This document shows positions 28,319 to 38,900 of a stretch of 64,000 bases of DNA, one piece after another. The stretch covers positions 58,822-122,821 of the forward strand of contig JANRLD010000007.1 of NCBI GenBank assembly GCA_033762915.1. The letters run 5' to 3'. The stretch comes from Meiothermus sp. Lineage in GTDB: Bacteria > Deinococcota > Deinococci > Deinococcales > Thermaceae. The translations under genes were made by a program, and so were the position numbers. Under the pieces are notes generated by a model, which had not been told where the DNA came from, ran no database searches, and saw nothing but the letters and a program-made list of their open reading frames with translations. Each line of letters begins with the position of its first letter. Positions within the stretch are counted from its first letter, which is position 1.

Positions 28319-31249
28319 ATGTCCGTTATGGAACCAAACGCCAAGATTGGCAATTACACCGTTATCAAGTCTGGGCCGTTGCCACACCTGGGTGGGGAGT
28401 ACCTCGAGCTGCTGCATGGGCCCACCGGAGCGCGGCATATCCACATCGCCAGCAAGGACGATAACAAGACCTTCACCGTGGTGTTTCCCACCGTGCCACA
28501 AGACTCCACTGGCATCGCGCACATTCTCGAGCACATCGTGCTGGCGGGCTCGGAGCGCTTCCCGGTACGCGACCCCTTCTTCGCCATGGGGCCGCGCTCG
28601 CTCTCGACCTTCATGAACGCCCTGACCGCGCCGGACTCTACCTACTACCCGTTCTCCACGCGCAACACCAAGGATTTCTTCAATCTGCTCGAGGTCTACC
28701 TCGACGCCACCTTCTTCCCCAAGATTGACTATCACTCCTACCGCCAGGAGGGCTGGCGCTACGAGTTTGAGGAGATGGACAACCCCACCTCGCCGCTCAA
28801 GTACGGCGGGGTGGTCTTTAACGAGATGAAGGGCGGGATGTCCAGCCCCAGCAGCGTGATGTGGCGCGAGATCGGCAAGGCGGTGTTCCCCGACCTGACC
28901 TATGCCAACAACTCCGGTGGCGACCCCCGCTTCATCCCCGACCTCACCCACGAGGCGCTCAAGGCCTTCCACGCCCGCCACTACCACCCCTCCAACGCCT
29001 ACTTCTACACCTACGGCGACATGGACCTGGAGCAGACCCTGGGCGTCATCGAACGCTACGTGATGGCCCGCTTCTCCAAGATCGATCCCCACACCCAGAT
29101 TCCCGACCAGCCGCGCTTTAAAGCCCCCCTCTGGCACCGGGCGGTCTACCCGCTGGGGCCTTCGGAAGACGCCAACAAAAAGTCCCAGGTGCTGCTGACC
29201 TTCCTGACCACTTTCATCGGCAACAAGGTGGACATCCTGGGCCTGAGTGTGCTCGAGAAAGTCCTGCTCTCCAACGCCGCCTCCCCGCTGCGCAAAGCCC
29301 TCATCGAGAGCAAGATCGGCGAGGCGCTGGCCGACGGCACCGGCTTGCAGGACAGCTACCGCGAGGTGGTCTTTGCGGCGGGCCTCAAGGGCGTGAACCA
29401 GGACGATGCCCAACAGGTCGAGGCGCTGGTGCTGGACACCCTGCGCGACCTGGCCGAGCGGGGCGTGGACGAGGCCATGGTGGACGCCACCATCCACCGG
29501 ATGGAGCTCGAAAGCCGCGAGGTCTCCAACGCGGGCTGGCCCTACTCGCTGAAGGTGTTCTTCCAGCTTCTGGGCGCGTACATGAATGGCGGCGACGCCT
29601 ACGAGGCCCTGCAGTTTGACGCCGCCCTCAGGACCATCCAGGCTGAGCGGGCCAAGGGCGGCTTCTTCGAGGGGTTGATCCGCAAGTACTTCCTCGACAA
29701 CCCTCACCGTGCCACCATCGTCCTCGAGCCCGACCAGACCCTCACCGCGCGCCTCGAGGCCGAGGAGCGGGTCAAGCTCGATGGGATTCGCGCCGGGCTC
29801 TCCGAGGCCGAGGCCCAGGTGGTCGTCCGCGAGGCGCTGGAGCTCAAGCGCCGTCAGGAGAAGTCCGAGGACCTTTCGGTTCTGCCGACCCTCGAGCTGT
29901 CCGACATCCCCATGCAGATGGAGGACGTCCCCCATCAGGTCAAGACCGTCCACGGCGCGACCATCGGCCTCTTTCCCCAGGCCACCAACGGCATCTCCTA
30001 CCTCGACCTACAGACCGACGTGGCCGGGCTGCCCGACCGGCTCAAAGACCTGCTCCCGCTGTTCGCCTTCGTGGTGACCAAGATGGGGGCGGGGCAGAGC
30101 AACTACCTCGAGATGGCCGCCCGCATCGAGGCCAGCACCGGCGGGGTGGGGGCCACGGTGAGCCAGCGCACCCTGCCCGCCGATGTCGCTCAGTTCAAGC
30201 AGAGCTTTACCCTCTCGGGCAAGGCACTGTACCGCAACCACGCCGCCTTCTTTGGCATCCTGAGCGACTTCCTGACCGCCCTCAACTGGGACAAGGCCCA
30301 CCTCAAAAACCTGCTGGGCCAGCTCAAGGCGGGCACCGAGTCGCGGGTGGTGCAGGCCGGGCACGTGTTCGTCTGGAACCTGGCCGAGAGCCAGTTTGGC
30401 GGGAGGGCCAGCCTGCAGGAGCGCTGGGAGGGCCTGACCCAACTCGCCACTCTTAAGCGCCTGACTGCCCTCGACGACGCGGGCCTGGACGGGCTGCTGG
30501 CCGACCTGGAGGCCGTGCGGGCCTACCTCTTCAGACAGGGCGCCTGGAAGATCTGCCTGACCAGCGAGGAGGGACAGCTGGGGGAGCTCGAGCAACGCCT
30601 GATCGAACTCCTCTCCGCGCTCCCCGCCTCCCAGGTCGCCAGCGAACCCACCGCCCTGCCCGCCAGGCACCTCGCCCCCGTCGCCCGCACCACCGCCGTC
30701 CCGGTGGCCTACGACGCCAAGGTGTTCTCTACCGTGCCCTACAGCCACCCCGACGCCCCAGTGCTGCTGGCCCTGGCCAACCTGCTGCGCTCGGAGTACC
30801 TGCACAAGGAAATCCGCGAGAAAGGCGGGGCCTATGGCGGCTGGGGCGTGACCCGCCCGGAGAACGGCACCTTCGCCCTGCTGTCCTACCGCGACCCCCA
30901 CATCGTCCGCACCTTCAAGGTCTACGACGGCATCCACGAGTTTCTGGCCCGCGACCCCGAGGCCGATAAGGTGAAGGAGGCCATCCTGGGCGCGGCGGGT
31001 GACGTAGACCCCCTGCTTTCGCCGGACAACAAGGGCCGGGTGCGTTTCTACTCCGACCAAGCGGGGTACACCCTCGAGCAGAAATCCCAGTTTAAACAGC
31101 GCCTGTTGTCCGTCACCCTGGACGATCTCCGCCGCGTCGCGACGACGTACCTGAGCGGCGAGGCCGCGATGGCGGTGATCAGCTCCGAGGAGAAGGTCAA
31201 GGAAGCCAACGCGGAGATGGGCAACATCTTCAGCGTCTCGGCGATTTGA
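28319..31249 (+). CDS. M16C (PreP/insulinase-like) metallopeptidase
   Basis: STGIAHILEHIVLAGS (HXXEH), RSLSTFMNALT, GVVFNEMKG, IREKGGAYG and SYRDP motifs. Confidence 0.93.
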   Translation: MSVMEPNAKIGNYTVIKSGPLPHLGGEYLELLHGPTGARHIHIASKDDNKTFTVVFPTVPQDSTGIAHILEHIVLAGSERFPVRDPFFAMGPRSLSTFMNALTAPDSTYYPFSTRNTKDFFNLLEVYLDATFFPKIDYHSYRQEGWRYEFEEMDNPTSPLKYGGVVFNEMKGGMSSPSSVMWREIGKAVFPDLTYANNSGGDPRFIPDLTHEALKAFHARHYHPSNAYFYTYGDMDLEQTLGVIERYVMARFSKIDPHTQIPDQPRFKAPLWHRAVYPLGPSEDANKKSQVLLTFLTTFIGNKVDILGLSVLEKVLLSNAASPLRKALIESKIGEALADGTGLQDSYREVVFAAGLKGVNQDDAQQVEALVLDTLRDLAERGVDEAMVDATIHRMELESREVSNAGWPYSLKVFFQLLGAYMNGGDAYEALQFDAALRTIQAERAKGGFFEGLIRKYFLDNPHRATIVLEPDQTLTARLEAEERVKLDGIRAGLSEAEAQVVVREALELKRRQEKSEDLSVLPTLELSDIPMQMEDVPHQVKTVHGATIGLFPQATNGISYLDLQTDVAGLPDRLKDLLPLFAFVVTKMGAGQSNYLEMAARIEASTGGVGATVSQRTLPADVAQFKQSFTLSGKALYRNHAAFFGILSDFLTALNWDKAHLKNLLGQLKAGTESRVVQAGHVFVWNLAESQFGGRASLQERWEGLTQLATLKRLTALDDAGLDGLLADLEAVRAYLFRQGAWKICLTSEEGQLGELEQRLIELLSALPASQVASEPTALPARHLAPVARTTAVPVAYDAKVFSTVPYSHPDAPVLLALANLLRSEYLHKEIREKGGAYGGWGVTRPENGTFALLSYRDPHIVRTFKVYDGIHEFLARDPEADKVKEAILGAAGDVDPLLSPDNKGRVRFYSDQAGYTLEQKSQFKQRLLSVTLDDLRRVATTYLSGEAAMAVISSEEKVKEANAEMGNIFSVSAI

Positions 31250-31355
31250 GGGCGGTTCCCACCCTTAAGTCTCGCGTGGTGATGCGCTCCAGCCTGCGCC
31301 AACCTACCCCGCATATCCGGGGCTCTGCGTGCGGAGTAACCACGAACCGCCCTCA
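31247..31355. mobile_element. 109-bp miniature element with 12-bp terminal inverted repeats
   Basis: TGAGGGCGGTTC...GAACCGCCCTCA; the left end is the peptidase TGA stop. Confidence 0.6.
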
Positions 31356-31636
31356 CGAAGGTCGGGAGCGCCCGAAGCTTACGGCGGATTTCAATCACTG
31401 CAGTTCAAACGCCCTGGGGCCGAGCTGGACTCCCCGCCGTGTTTTCGAGGTGCGGTGTTGAGGTGATCAGTTGGACGGCCGGTGTAGGTTGGGCCAGGGC
31501 TTTTGCGAGGCCAGCAAGCGCGGCAGCCGTGTGCTCAGGTGCAAGCACGGGTGGAATTCTTTAGCGGGCGATTCGGGACGGCACTCCGCGGTTTAAGGGT
31601 GTAGCCGCTTGGGAGGGCCTTCGGGTTCGACCTTCC

Positions 31637-32077
31637 TCATGCCTGGGGCGTCTTGCCCTTGGGGCTCATCTCCTGGAGCCTCGAGGCGTCCACGCCCCCT
31701 TCCTCTAGCACCTGCTTGGAGATCAGGATGGGCACCTCGGCGCGGATGGCCAGTGCCAGCCCGTCGGAGGGGCGGCAGTCCATCTCGTACTCGAGGCCGC
31801 GCTGCTCGAGCAGCAGCCGCCCGTAGTAGGTCCCCCCGCGCAACTCGTAGATGTGCAACTGGGTCACCTTGGCCCCCATCAGCTCGAGGGTGTTGAGGAA
31901 CAGGTCGGGCATCAGCGGTCGCGGTGGCTTTTCGCCCGAGAGGTGAATCATGATGTTCTGGGTCTCCAACGCCCCGATCACCACCGGCAGAATCCTCCCG
32001 GTCTCGGCCTCGAGGATCACCATCAGGTTCTCCCCCTGCGGGTCGAACCCCACGCCTTGGATGCGGGCCGGGATCAT
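31637..32077 (-). CDS. Bifunctional nuclease (DUF151) family protein
   Basis: LPVVIGALE, PPRPLMPDL and DCRPSDGLALAIR motifs; ATG 6 nt after TATACT. Confidence 0.88.
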   Translation of the reverse strand: MIPARIQGVGFDPQGENLMVILEAETGRILPVVIGALETQNIMIHLSGEKPPRPLMPDLFLNTLELMGAKVTQLHIYELRGGTYYGRLLLEQRGLEYEMDCRPSDGLALAIRAEVPILISKQVLEEGGVDASRLQEMSPKGKTPQA

Positions 32078-32231
32078 GGCCTGAGTATAGGTCTCAGCCA
32101 TGACAGCAGGATGGGGAGGGTGTGGGAGAACGGCCGAGGAGAGAGAGCAGGGAGATCAGGAGAAAGAGGAAAGGGAACTCCGAGGCATGGGTTCTTGGGG
32201 TCCTCTATTCACGCCTTTCGCACGCCGTTGC

Positions 32232-32534
32232 CTAGGTGTACTTATCCCCCCGCACCACCTCTACGCTCTCAAGGTAGGCAATTACCGCGAAGTTGGTGAA
32301 GTAGACTTCGGCCAGACGCTTGACGATCTTCTCGGCGACCTCGGGGGAGACGATGCACTCGAGGCGGATGTTGCCACCCTCCCACTCGCTGGCCCTCACG
32401 CCCCTCGAGCCCTCGCCCCGGGCGGGGGTGACGGTGTAGCCCTTGGCCCCCAGCCGCCGCACCTCGCGGATGAGCTTGTCCTCGAGGAATCCCTCGGCAA
32501 TGATCGTGACCAGTTTGAGCGAAACCAGGGCCAT
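32232..32534 (-). CDS. PII-like protein (SbtB-like)
   Basis: KLVTIIAE, GAKGYT...ARGEGSRG and NIRLECIV motifs; coupled to the sbtA-like gene. Confidence 0.85.
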   Translation of the reverse strand: MALVSLKLVTIIAEGFLEDKLIREVRRLGAKGYTVTPARGEGSRGVRASEWEGGNIRLECIVSPEVAEKIVKRLAEVYFTNFAVIAYLESVEVVRGDKYT

Positions 32535-33496
32535 CAGCCACCTCCCAGCAGGCGTGCGAAGTAAAAGTACAGCGGAATCCCCAGCGTCAGGTTAAAGGGA
32601 AAGGTGATACCCAGCGAGGCGGTGAGGTAGTAGCTGGGGTTGGCCTCGGGCAGGGCGATGCGGACGGCGGCGGGGGCGGCGATGTAGGAGGCGCTGGCCG
32701 CCATTGTGCCCAGCACCATCGCCCCGCCCACCGACATTCCCGCCAGCGTCCCCAGCCACACCCCCAGCGCGCCCTGCACGATGGGCATGGCGAGTCCGAA
32801 GGCGATCAGGAACGCCCCCACCTTCCTGAGGTCGCGCAGCCGCTTGGCCGCCACCATGCCCAGCTCGAGCAAGAACAGCACCAGTGCGCCCCGGAAGGGG
32901 TCGATGAACACCGGCGCAATCTGCCGCATGCCCCCCTCTCCGGCCAGCGCCCCAATCACCACCCCGCCCACCAGCAGCAGGATGCTCTTGCCTGCGAAGA
33001 TCTCGCGCACGGCCTCGCCCAGGCTGCCGGTGCCGCCGGTGCCCCGGCGGGCGATAAGCAGCGCGATCACGATGGCAGGAACCTCGAGGATCGCCACCAG
33101 TGCGGGCATGTAGCCCTCCACCGGCTGACTGGCGGCCTGCATGAAGGCAGTAGCGGCGATGAAGGTCACCGCCGAGACCGAGCCGTAGTGGGCGGCGATG
33201 GCGGCGGCGTCAATCACCCCGAACCTGCGCCGCAGCACCGCGTACGAAAGCAGCGGGGTGACGACGCTCAGGGCCAGGGTCGCCAGGGCCGGCCCCCAGA
33301 GCTGGCTCAGGGGGGTCTGGGCCAGGGCGTCGCCGCCCTTGATCCCGATGGCCAGCAACAAGTAGATCGAGAGGGTGGTGTAGAGCGCCTCGGGTATCTT
33401 CAGGTCGGACTTGACCAGCGTCGCCAGCATGCCCAGCGCGAAGGCCAACACGGCGGGCGAGAGCAGGTTGATGCGGAGGAGTTCCAGCGGGTCCAC
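32534..33496 (-). CDS. Sodium-dependent bicarbonate transport family permease (SbtA-like, DUF897)
   Basis: KSDLKIP, AAHYGSVSAVTF, LFLLELG, ASASYIAAPAA and SLGITFPFNLTLGIPLY motifs. Confidence 0.9.
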   Translation of the reverse strand: MDPLELLRINLLSPAVLAFALGMLATLVKSDLKIPEALYTTLSIYLLLAIGIKGGDALAQTPLSQLWGPALATLALSVVTPLLSYAVLRRRFGVIDAAAIAAHYGSVSAVTFIAATAFMQAASQPVEGYMPALVAILEVPAIVIALLIARRGTGGTGSLGEAVREIFAGKSILLLVGGVVIGALAGEGGMRQIAPVFIDPFRGALVLFLLELGMVAAKRLRDLRKVGAFLIAFGLAMPIVQGALGVWLGTLAGMSVGGAMVLGTMAASASYIAAPAAVRIALPEANPSYYLTASLGITFPFNLTLGIPLYFYFARLLGGG

Positions 33497-33605
33497 GTCG
33501 GGGGTGATTCTACCGCTGTGACACAAAAAAAAGACTGAACTTGGTCTAAGGTTGGGTAAGAAGGGAGAAAAACCCCCGGTCCCCTCGAGTCAAACCGTGG
33601 CACCT

Positions 33606-34565
33606 ATGCAGATCAGTTCCGCCAACACCTTGCCCAAAAACCTGATTCCGGTCCTGGTCGCGGTCGTTGTGGTGGCGGCTCTGGGGTATCTCATTGCCGC
33701 GGTATGGGCGGGGCTGGACGAGGTGGGGGCGGCCCTGCGGGACGTGGGCTGGCTGGGGCTGGTGGGGGTGTTTGCGACCTCGCTCTTCAGCTACGCCTTC
33801 GGGTTTGTGCGCTGGCAGGGGTACCTCCGGCTGCTGGGTCACCAGGTGCCTCGAGGGGATAACCTGGGCATTTATGTTGGCTCCTTTGCGCTGGCCATGA
33901 CCCCCGCCAGGGCCGGGGAGGTGCTGCGGAGCGTCTTCCTGCGGCGCTTCGGGGTGGACTTTCCCAGCAGCTTTGCCGCCTTTGCCGCCGAGCGCATCGT
34001 CGACCTGCTGGCCATGGCCCTGATCGTGGCGGTAGGCCTGTGGAGCTATCCACCGGCCCGCCCGATGATCGGGGTGGTGATCGGGGGCATCCTGGCGGTG
34101 CTGTTGGTGCTGAATATCCCCCGGCTTTTGCAGTGGTTTCGCGGGGCGTTTGCACGGCTGCCGCGGCGGTTCGCGGGGCTGGCGGTGGGTCTGGTGGACA
34201 CCGCCCTGAACTTCCGCAGCCTGTTCGGGCTGCGCGGCTCGAGCTTCGGTCTGGGTCTGGGCTTGCTGGTGGTCGGGGCGGAGGGCCTGGGTCTGTGGAT
34301 TCTGCTCGAGGCCCAGGGCGCAAACATTCCGGTGCTGACCGCCCTAGCGATCTACGGATTTTCCCTGCTGGCGGGTGCGCTGAGCTTTTTGCCCGGCGGC
34401 GTCGGCGGCTTCGAGGCTGCGATGATCCTGCTCCTTACCGCCAACGGGCTGAGCGAAGGCCAGGCCGTGGCCACCACGCTGCTGATTCGGGTGGGGACGC
34501 TCTGGTTTGCGGTTTTGCTGGGGATCGCGGTGTTGCCGAGGGTGGCTCGAGCTGAAGGCCGATAA
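33606..34565 (+). CDS. Lysylphosphatidylglycerol synthase TM region / UPF0104 flippase-like protein
   Basis: TPARAGEVLR, AERIVDL and FLPGGVGGFEA motifs; multiple TM segments. Confidence 0.85.
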   Translation: MQISSANTLPKNLIPVLVAVVVVAALGYLIAAVWAGLDEVGAALRDVGWLGLVGVFATSLFSYAFGFVRWQGYLRLLGHQVPRGDNLGIYVGSFALAMTPARAGEVLRSVFLRRFGVDFPSSFAAFAAERIVDLLAMALIVAVGLWSYPPARPMIGVVIGGILAVLLVLNIPRLLQWFRGAFARLPRRFAGLAVGLVDTALNFRSLFGLRGSSFGLGLGLLVVGAEGLGLWILLEAQGANIPVLTALAIYGFSLLAGALSFLPGGVGGFEAAMILLLTANGLSEGQAVATTLLIRVGTLWFAVLLGIAVLPRVARAEGR

Positions 34566-34904
34566 AAGCCAAGTTCCACCCGCGTGTGCTAGGCCGAACG
34601 GGGATTGCCCCGGTGCACGGCGTTGCGCTCTTCGCCGCTCCAACAAAGACCCCGGCGCAACTCACAGCGGATTTCGGACTTACCCCTCGCGGTAATGCGC
34701 TAAAGCGTGCATACAAAATCCTGCACATCCGAGCCCCTGGGTGCGGTTTGTTCGCGGAAACCGCTTTTGGGCCGGCGCGACGTGGTCAGGCGCCGAGGGG
34801 ATGAGGGTCCAAGGGAGTCCCGCTAGTAGCTTGGGCTCAATCGAACACAGCCCTCGCCGGATGGCCGGTGACCTCCGACCCACCTCATCCCTTACCCTAT
34901 ACGC

Positions 34905-36209
34905 ATGCACGACCTGCTGATCCGAAATGCCACCCTGCTCGAGCTCGAGCCGCCTCGAGTGCTCTCCGGCCAGTCTGTTGCCATCACGGGGGGGCGCATC
35001 AGCGGCGTGGGGCCGGAGCCGGGTGAGTCCAGGGCCGTCCTCGACGCCGGTGGCAAACTGCTGCTGCCGGGGTTCATCAACGCCCATGCCCACAGCGCGA
35101 TGGTGCTGTTCCGGGGGGCAGTGGAAGACGTTACGCCGGAGGTCTGGTTTAACGACCACATCTGGCGGATGGAGACCAACCTGACCCCCGAGGACGTCTA
35201 CTGGGGCGCGCTGTGGGCGGCGGTGGAGATGCTCGAGGGCGGCGTCACCACCGTGGCCGACCACTACTTTATGTCGGAAATGGTGGCGAAGGCGTTCCTC
35301 GAGGCGGGCATCCGCGCCGATGTGGCCCCCACACTGTTTGGAAAACCCGAAGAGGTGGAGAATCTGCGGGGGATTTTTGGTGATTGGAACGGGGCAGGGG
35401 AGGGGAGGATACGGATCGCCGTCGGGCCACATTCCCCCTATTTGTGCAGCGGGGACTTTCTGAAACAGACCTTGGGCTTGGCCCAGGAGTTGAACACCTA
35501 CCTGCACCTGCATGTTTCCGAGACCGCCCGCCAGGTTGAGATGAGCCTCGAGGCCCACCGCCTCACCCCACCCGCCTATCTGCACGCTCTGGGCTTGACG
35601 GAGTCGCCCCTGCTGTTCGCCCATGCGGCCCACGCCACCCCGGCCGATGTGGAGCTAATGTCCCAGCACACAATCGGGGTAGCCCACTGCCCCAAAACAT
35701 TCCTAAAGTTAGCCTCGGGGATTGCCCCCGTGGTGGCCATGCAGACTGCTGGAATCCCGGTCGGGTTGGGCAGCGACGGGGCGGCCAGCAACAACACCAT
35801 GGACATGCTTGAGCAGTTGCGGCTCGCCGCGATGCTACAAAAGCACGAGCTGCGCGACGCCACCGCCCTGCCCCGGCACCAGGCCGCCGCCATGCTGAGC
35901 CGGGAAGGGGCCAGAGCCCTGTTCCGGGGCCACGAGCTGGGGCAAATCCGCGAGGGCTACCTGGCCGATCTGGTGCTAATCGACCTCGAGAACGCCCACA
36001 ACCAGCCCGTTCACGATGCCCTGGCCGCGCTGGTGTACAGCGCCCGGGCTTCCGATGTCGAAACCGTGATTGTCAACGGCAAGGTGGTGATGCAGGGGCG
36101 CGAGCTGAGGACGGTCGACCGGACTCGAGTGCTCCACGAAGTCCGCCAGCGTGCCCCCCGGCTGGTGCGCAAGGACACTACCGCCAAGCTGGTGGACTAC
36201 CCTACTTGA
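34905..36209 (+). CDS. Amidohydrolase (MTA/SAH deaminase-like)
   Basis: PGFINAHAH, GPHSPY, HLHVSET, HCP and GLGSDGAASNN motifs. Confidence 0.9.
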   Translation: MHDLLIRNATLLELEPPRVLSGQSVAITGGRISGVGPEPGESRAVLDAGGKLLLPGFINAHAHSAMVLFRGAVEDVTPEVWFNDHIWRMETNLTPEDVYWGALWAAVEMLEGGVTTVADHYFMSEMVAKAFLEAGIRADVAPTLFGKPEEVENLRGIFGDWNGAGEGRIRIAVGPHSPYLCSGDFLKQTLGLAQELNTYLHLHVSETARQVEMSLEAHRLTPPAYLHALGLTESPLLFAHAAHATPADVELMSQHTIGVAHCPKTFLKLASGIAPVVAMQTAGIPVGLGSDGAASNNTMDMLEQLRLAAMLQKHELRDATALPRHQAAAMLSREGARALFRGHELGQIREGYLADLVLIDLENAHNQPVHDALAALVYSARASDVETVIVNGKVVMQGRELRTVDRTRVLHEVRQRAPRLVRKDTTAKLVDYPT

Positions 36210-36349
36210 GGGGGAACGGGAACCCGCCCGGCCAGGTTGTTTGGCTGAGCGAACCGCAGCACGGAGCGTTGGACGCCAAAACGAGCTGGACGCGGTTCTA
36301 CATCTGACCGCCTCCACCGTAGAAGCACAAGAACCCGCCCCGGAAGGTA

Positions 36350-36412
36350 TAGAGCGGTTCCCACTACCCACGGCTAAACACCGCCGCGCCGAGTATTCTT
36401 GGAACCGCTCTA
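36350..36412. mobile_element. 63-bp miniature element with 12-bp terminal inverted repeats (TAGAGCGGTT family)
   Basis: TAGAGCGGTTCC...GGAACCGCTCTA; the right end provides the TAG stop of the DinB-like gene. Confidence 0.65.
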
Positions 36413-36889
36413 GACCAGTTTGATCAGCTGCCGGATCGCGCCCAGGTGGTAGCAGACGTGGGCCAGTGCTCCCGCCATGCCCCCCGCCGCATCCTCGTCC
36501 CAGGTCTGGGTGGTTTTGGCGAGGTTGACCAGATCGGCATACGCGGTTTTGACTCTCTCGTGCAGCCTGGCCCACTCGGCCTCGTCTACCCTCGAGGGAT
36601 TGAAACTCCCCGGCCAGTCGAAGGGGCCGCGGTCTCCGGCGTTGTACCGCACGATCACTTCCATGTGGTAGGCGGTGTGGGCGGCGTGGGAGGCCACGCT
36701 CTGCCCCAGCGCGGTGGGCCTCGAGGCTGCCGCTGCGCCGAGCCCCTCCAGGGTCGCGAGCAGCCCTTTGTTGCCCGAGCCGTCGGCGCTGGTTCCGTCC
36801 AAGAAGGCCGTGCCCTGCCCTGGCAGGCCGCCCTCCACTGCCTCGCGCAGCACGAATAGCCAGCCGTTCACGAAGACTTGATCGCCCAT
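36410..36889 (-). CDS. DinB-like family protein
   Basis: SVASHAAH and AHVCYHLGAIRQ histidine motifs. Confidence 0.8.
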   Translation of the reverse strand: MGDQVFVNGWLFVLREAVEGGLPGQGTAFLDGTSADGSGNKGLLATLEGLGAAAASRPTALGQSVASHAAHTAYHMEVIVRYNAGDRGPFDWPGSFNPSRVDEAEWARLHERVKTAYADLVNLAKTTQTWDEDAAGGMAGALAHVCYHLGAIRQLIKLV

Positions 36890-37117
36890 TCCCCGACCTT
36901 ACCCCATACTCCTGTACGTTACGTGAAGCATCCCCCAGCCCGCCCCAAGAAGCGCACCGGCCAGTTTCTCGCCTCGGATTTGGCGCGTGTGCGGCGGCAT
37001 GGAGGCCGGGCGTTAATGGGAATTGTGGCTAAACTGTCAAGCCGAAGTAACCCAAGTTTAATCCCCCATAAGGGGGTTTTCGGGGGCATGAAGGCGCGGC
37101 TACCGTACATCTGTCTT

Positions 37118-37549
37118 ATGCGTCTTCCTCGTGGGTTTACCGTTCCAGAAGTACTGATGTCGACCGTCATTGTGGGAGTGCTGGCAACCATCACGGTGAT
37201 GGGCAGCAATCAGCTCATCCAGGGCCAGGAGGCCAAGGCCGCCATCAGCTCTATCCGGCAGATCATCTGGCAGGGGGCCAGTGCCGCAGCCAGCCGCGGC
37301 CAGACCTTAGAACTGGTGCGCACCAACAACGTCTGGAGCGTCCGGACCCGCGATGTGAACCCGGTGGTGGTGCGCCAGGTCACGGTACCGGCCTCGTTCA
37401 GCACCACCTTCCCCTCCGGCGCCACCTACCGCTTCCTGCCGCCTGGCCGCCTCGACTTCAACTCGGTCGCCTCGAGCTTTACCGCCTCCATCCGTGGCAC
37501 CACCTACACCTTCACTGTTTCTCAGATCGGGGAGGTGAATGTTCAGTGA
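37118..37549 (+). CDS. Type IV minor pilin (FimT/PilA1-like)
   Basis: Prepilin site RG|FTVPE followed by a hydrophobic helix. Confidence 0.85.
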   Translation: MRLPRGFTVPEVLMSTVIVGVLATITVMGSNQLIQGQEAKAAISSIRQIIWQGASAAASRGQTLELVRTNNVWSVRTRDVNPVVVRQVTVPASFSTTFPSGATYRFLPPGRLDFNSVASSFTASIRGTTYTFTVSQIGEVNVQ

Positions 37550-38013
37550 GCACTCGAGGTCTCACCATCATCGAGGTTCTGATCGCCATCATCTGCCTGG
37601 CGGTGGCGCTCACCGCCCTGAACGCCTCCATGGTCGGCTCGATCGTGCAGAACTCTTCGACCGGCCAACTCTCCCAGGCCATCCAAATCGTCAACTACCT
37701 GGGCCGCCGGATCTCGGGCCGCGACCTCAGCCTGCTGCCCTCCACAACCACCACTCCCCTCAACTGGGCCTACGGAAGCCTCCGCACCAACTTCCCCGAC
37801 CTGCCCCAGGCCGGGAATTTCGGCAACCTCGACGGCTACCGGGCCACCATCACCAACCGGGGCAACTGGAGCCACTCGGCGGCCCCCAACATCGTCTTAA
37901 CCCAGTACCGCATTCAGGTTTGCTGGCGCACGACCGAAGCCGAGCGCTGCACCGACGCCGATACGCTGGGCTTTAACCAGTCCAACGGCGCCGCCGACGT
38001 CATCGTCAACTGA
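37546..38013 (+). CDS. Type IV minor pilin (PilV/PilA2-like)
   Basis: RG|LTIIEVLIAI; GTGA overlap; C-terminal Cys pair. Confidence 0.88.
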   Translation: MSTRGLTIIEVLIAIICLAVALTALNASMVGSIVQNSSTGQLSQAIQIVNYLGRRISGRDLSLLPSTTTTPLNWAYGSLRTNFPDLPQAGNFGNLDGYRATITNRGNWSHSAAPNIVLTQYRIQVCWRTTEAERCTDADTLGFNQSNGAADVIVN

Positions 38014-38030
38014 ACCGAACGGAGGCCGTC

Positions 38031-38900
38031 TTGAATCGCGCATTCGCACTCGTAGAACTCCTGGTGGCACTGGTGATCCTGGTCAGCGTCATGGGCATTG
38101 GCTACGTGGCCATCATCAGCTCGCTGCGTGACCAGGGCGTCCAGGAGGCCAGCACCAACGTCCAGGCCAAGCTGCGCCGGGTGGTGGAGGTGATGACCCA
38201 GGACATCCGCAGCGCTGTGCTGGGAGGGGTGATTAACACCCCCTATGTCTCGAGCACCACCGCCATCTCGTTCGCCATGCTCGACGGGGGGGCCGGCTTC
38301 CCGCTCAGCGGCAGCACCGCCACCACCACCACCGTCACCGCCCTCAACAGCAACGCCAGCAGCTTTGGCATCGCCAATGGCGACACCCTCTTCCTGCTGG
38401 ACACGGTGCAGAACCGGGGCATCCTGCGCACGGTGACCGCCGCCCCGGTCGCGCTCGCCGGCAGCACCAACCAGTACACCGTGACCTACAGCAACTGCCC
38501 CAACGCGACCAACACCAGCGTGGCCTTCCGAGTCAGCAGCCAGGGCTACAGCTACAACGCTTCCAACCGCCGTCTGATGTTTCAGCGCGGCAGCACCGAG
38601 GAGGTGGTGGCCTTCAACATCACCGGCTTCAACATCCAGTACGTCTACCGCATCCTGGGGGGCACCACCGAGCAGGTCAACCCCAGCGGCTATGCCTCCG
38701 GCTCGGGGGTCTTACAGACCATGTCCATCGGCGGCAGCGCCTACTTTCTCCAGCGCATCGTGGTGACCCTCTCCTCCGAGGAGCGGGCCAACGGGCGCAA
38801 CGTCACCCGCACCTACAGCGGGCAGATCGAGCTCCTGGGCACCGACCAGCAGCTCTCCGCCAATAACCAGCCGTTTACGGGGGTGGTCGCATGCAGCTGA
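38031..38900 (+). CDS. Type IV minor pilin (PilW/PilA3-like)
   Basis: RA|FALVELLVAL and TQDIRSA; GGAGG RBS before TTG. Confidence 0.85.
   Translation: MNRAFALVELLVALVILVSVMGIGYVAIISSLRDQGVQEASTNVQAKLRRVVEVMTQDIRSAVLGGVINTPYVSSTTAISFAMLDGGAGFPLSGSTATTTTVTALNSNASSFGIANGDTLFLLDTVQNRGILRTVTAAPVALAGSTNQYTVTYSNCPNATNTSVAFRVSSQGYSYNASNRRLMFQRGSTEEVVAFNITGFNIQYVYRILGGTTEQVNPSGYASGSGVLQTMSIGGSAYFLQRIVVTLSSEERANGRNVTRTYSGQIELLGTDQQLSANNQPFTGVVACS

Noticed and set aside
26677..29953. Long antisense ORFs (e.g. 26677..28464 +, 28298..29953 -, also 53344..55023 + and 1519..2688 +)
   Set aside because: Shadow frames opposite well-supported genes, as expected in high-GC DNA; they contain no motifs.
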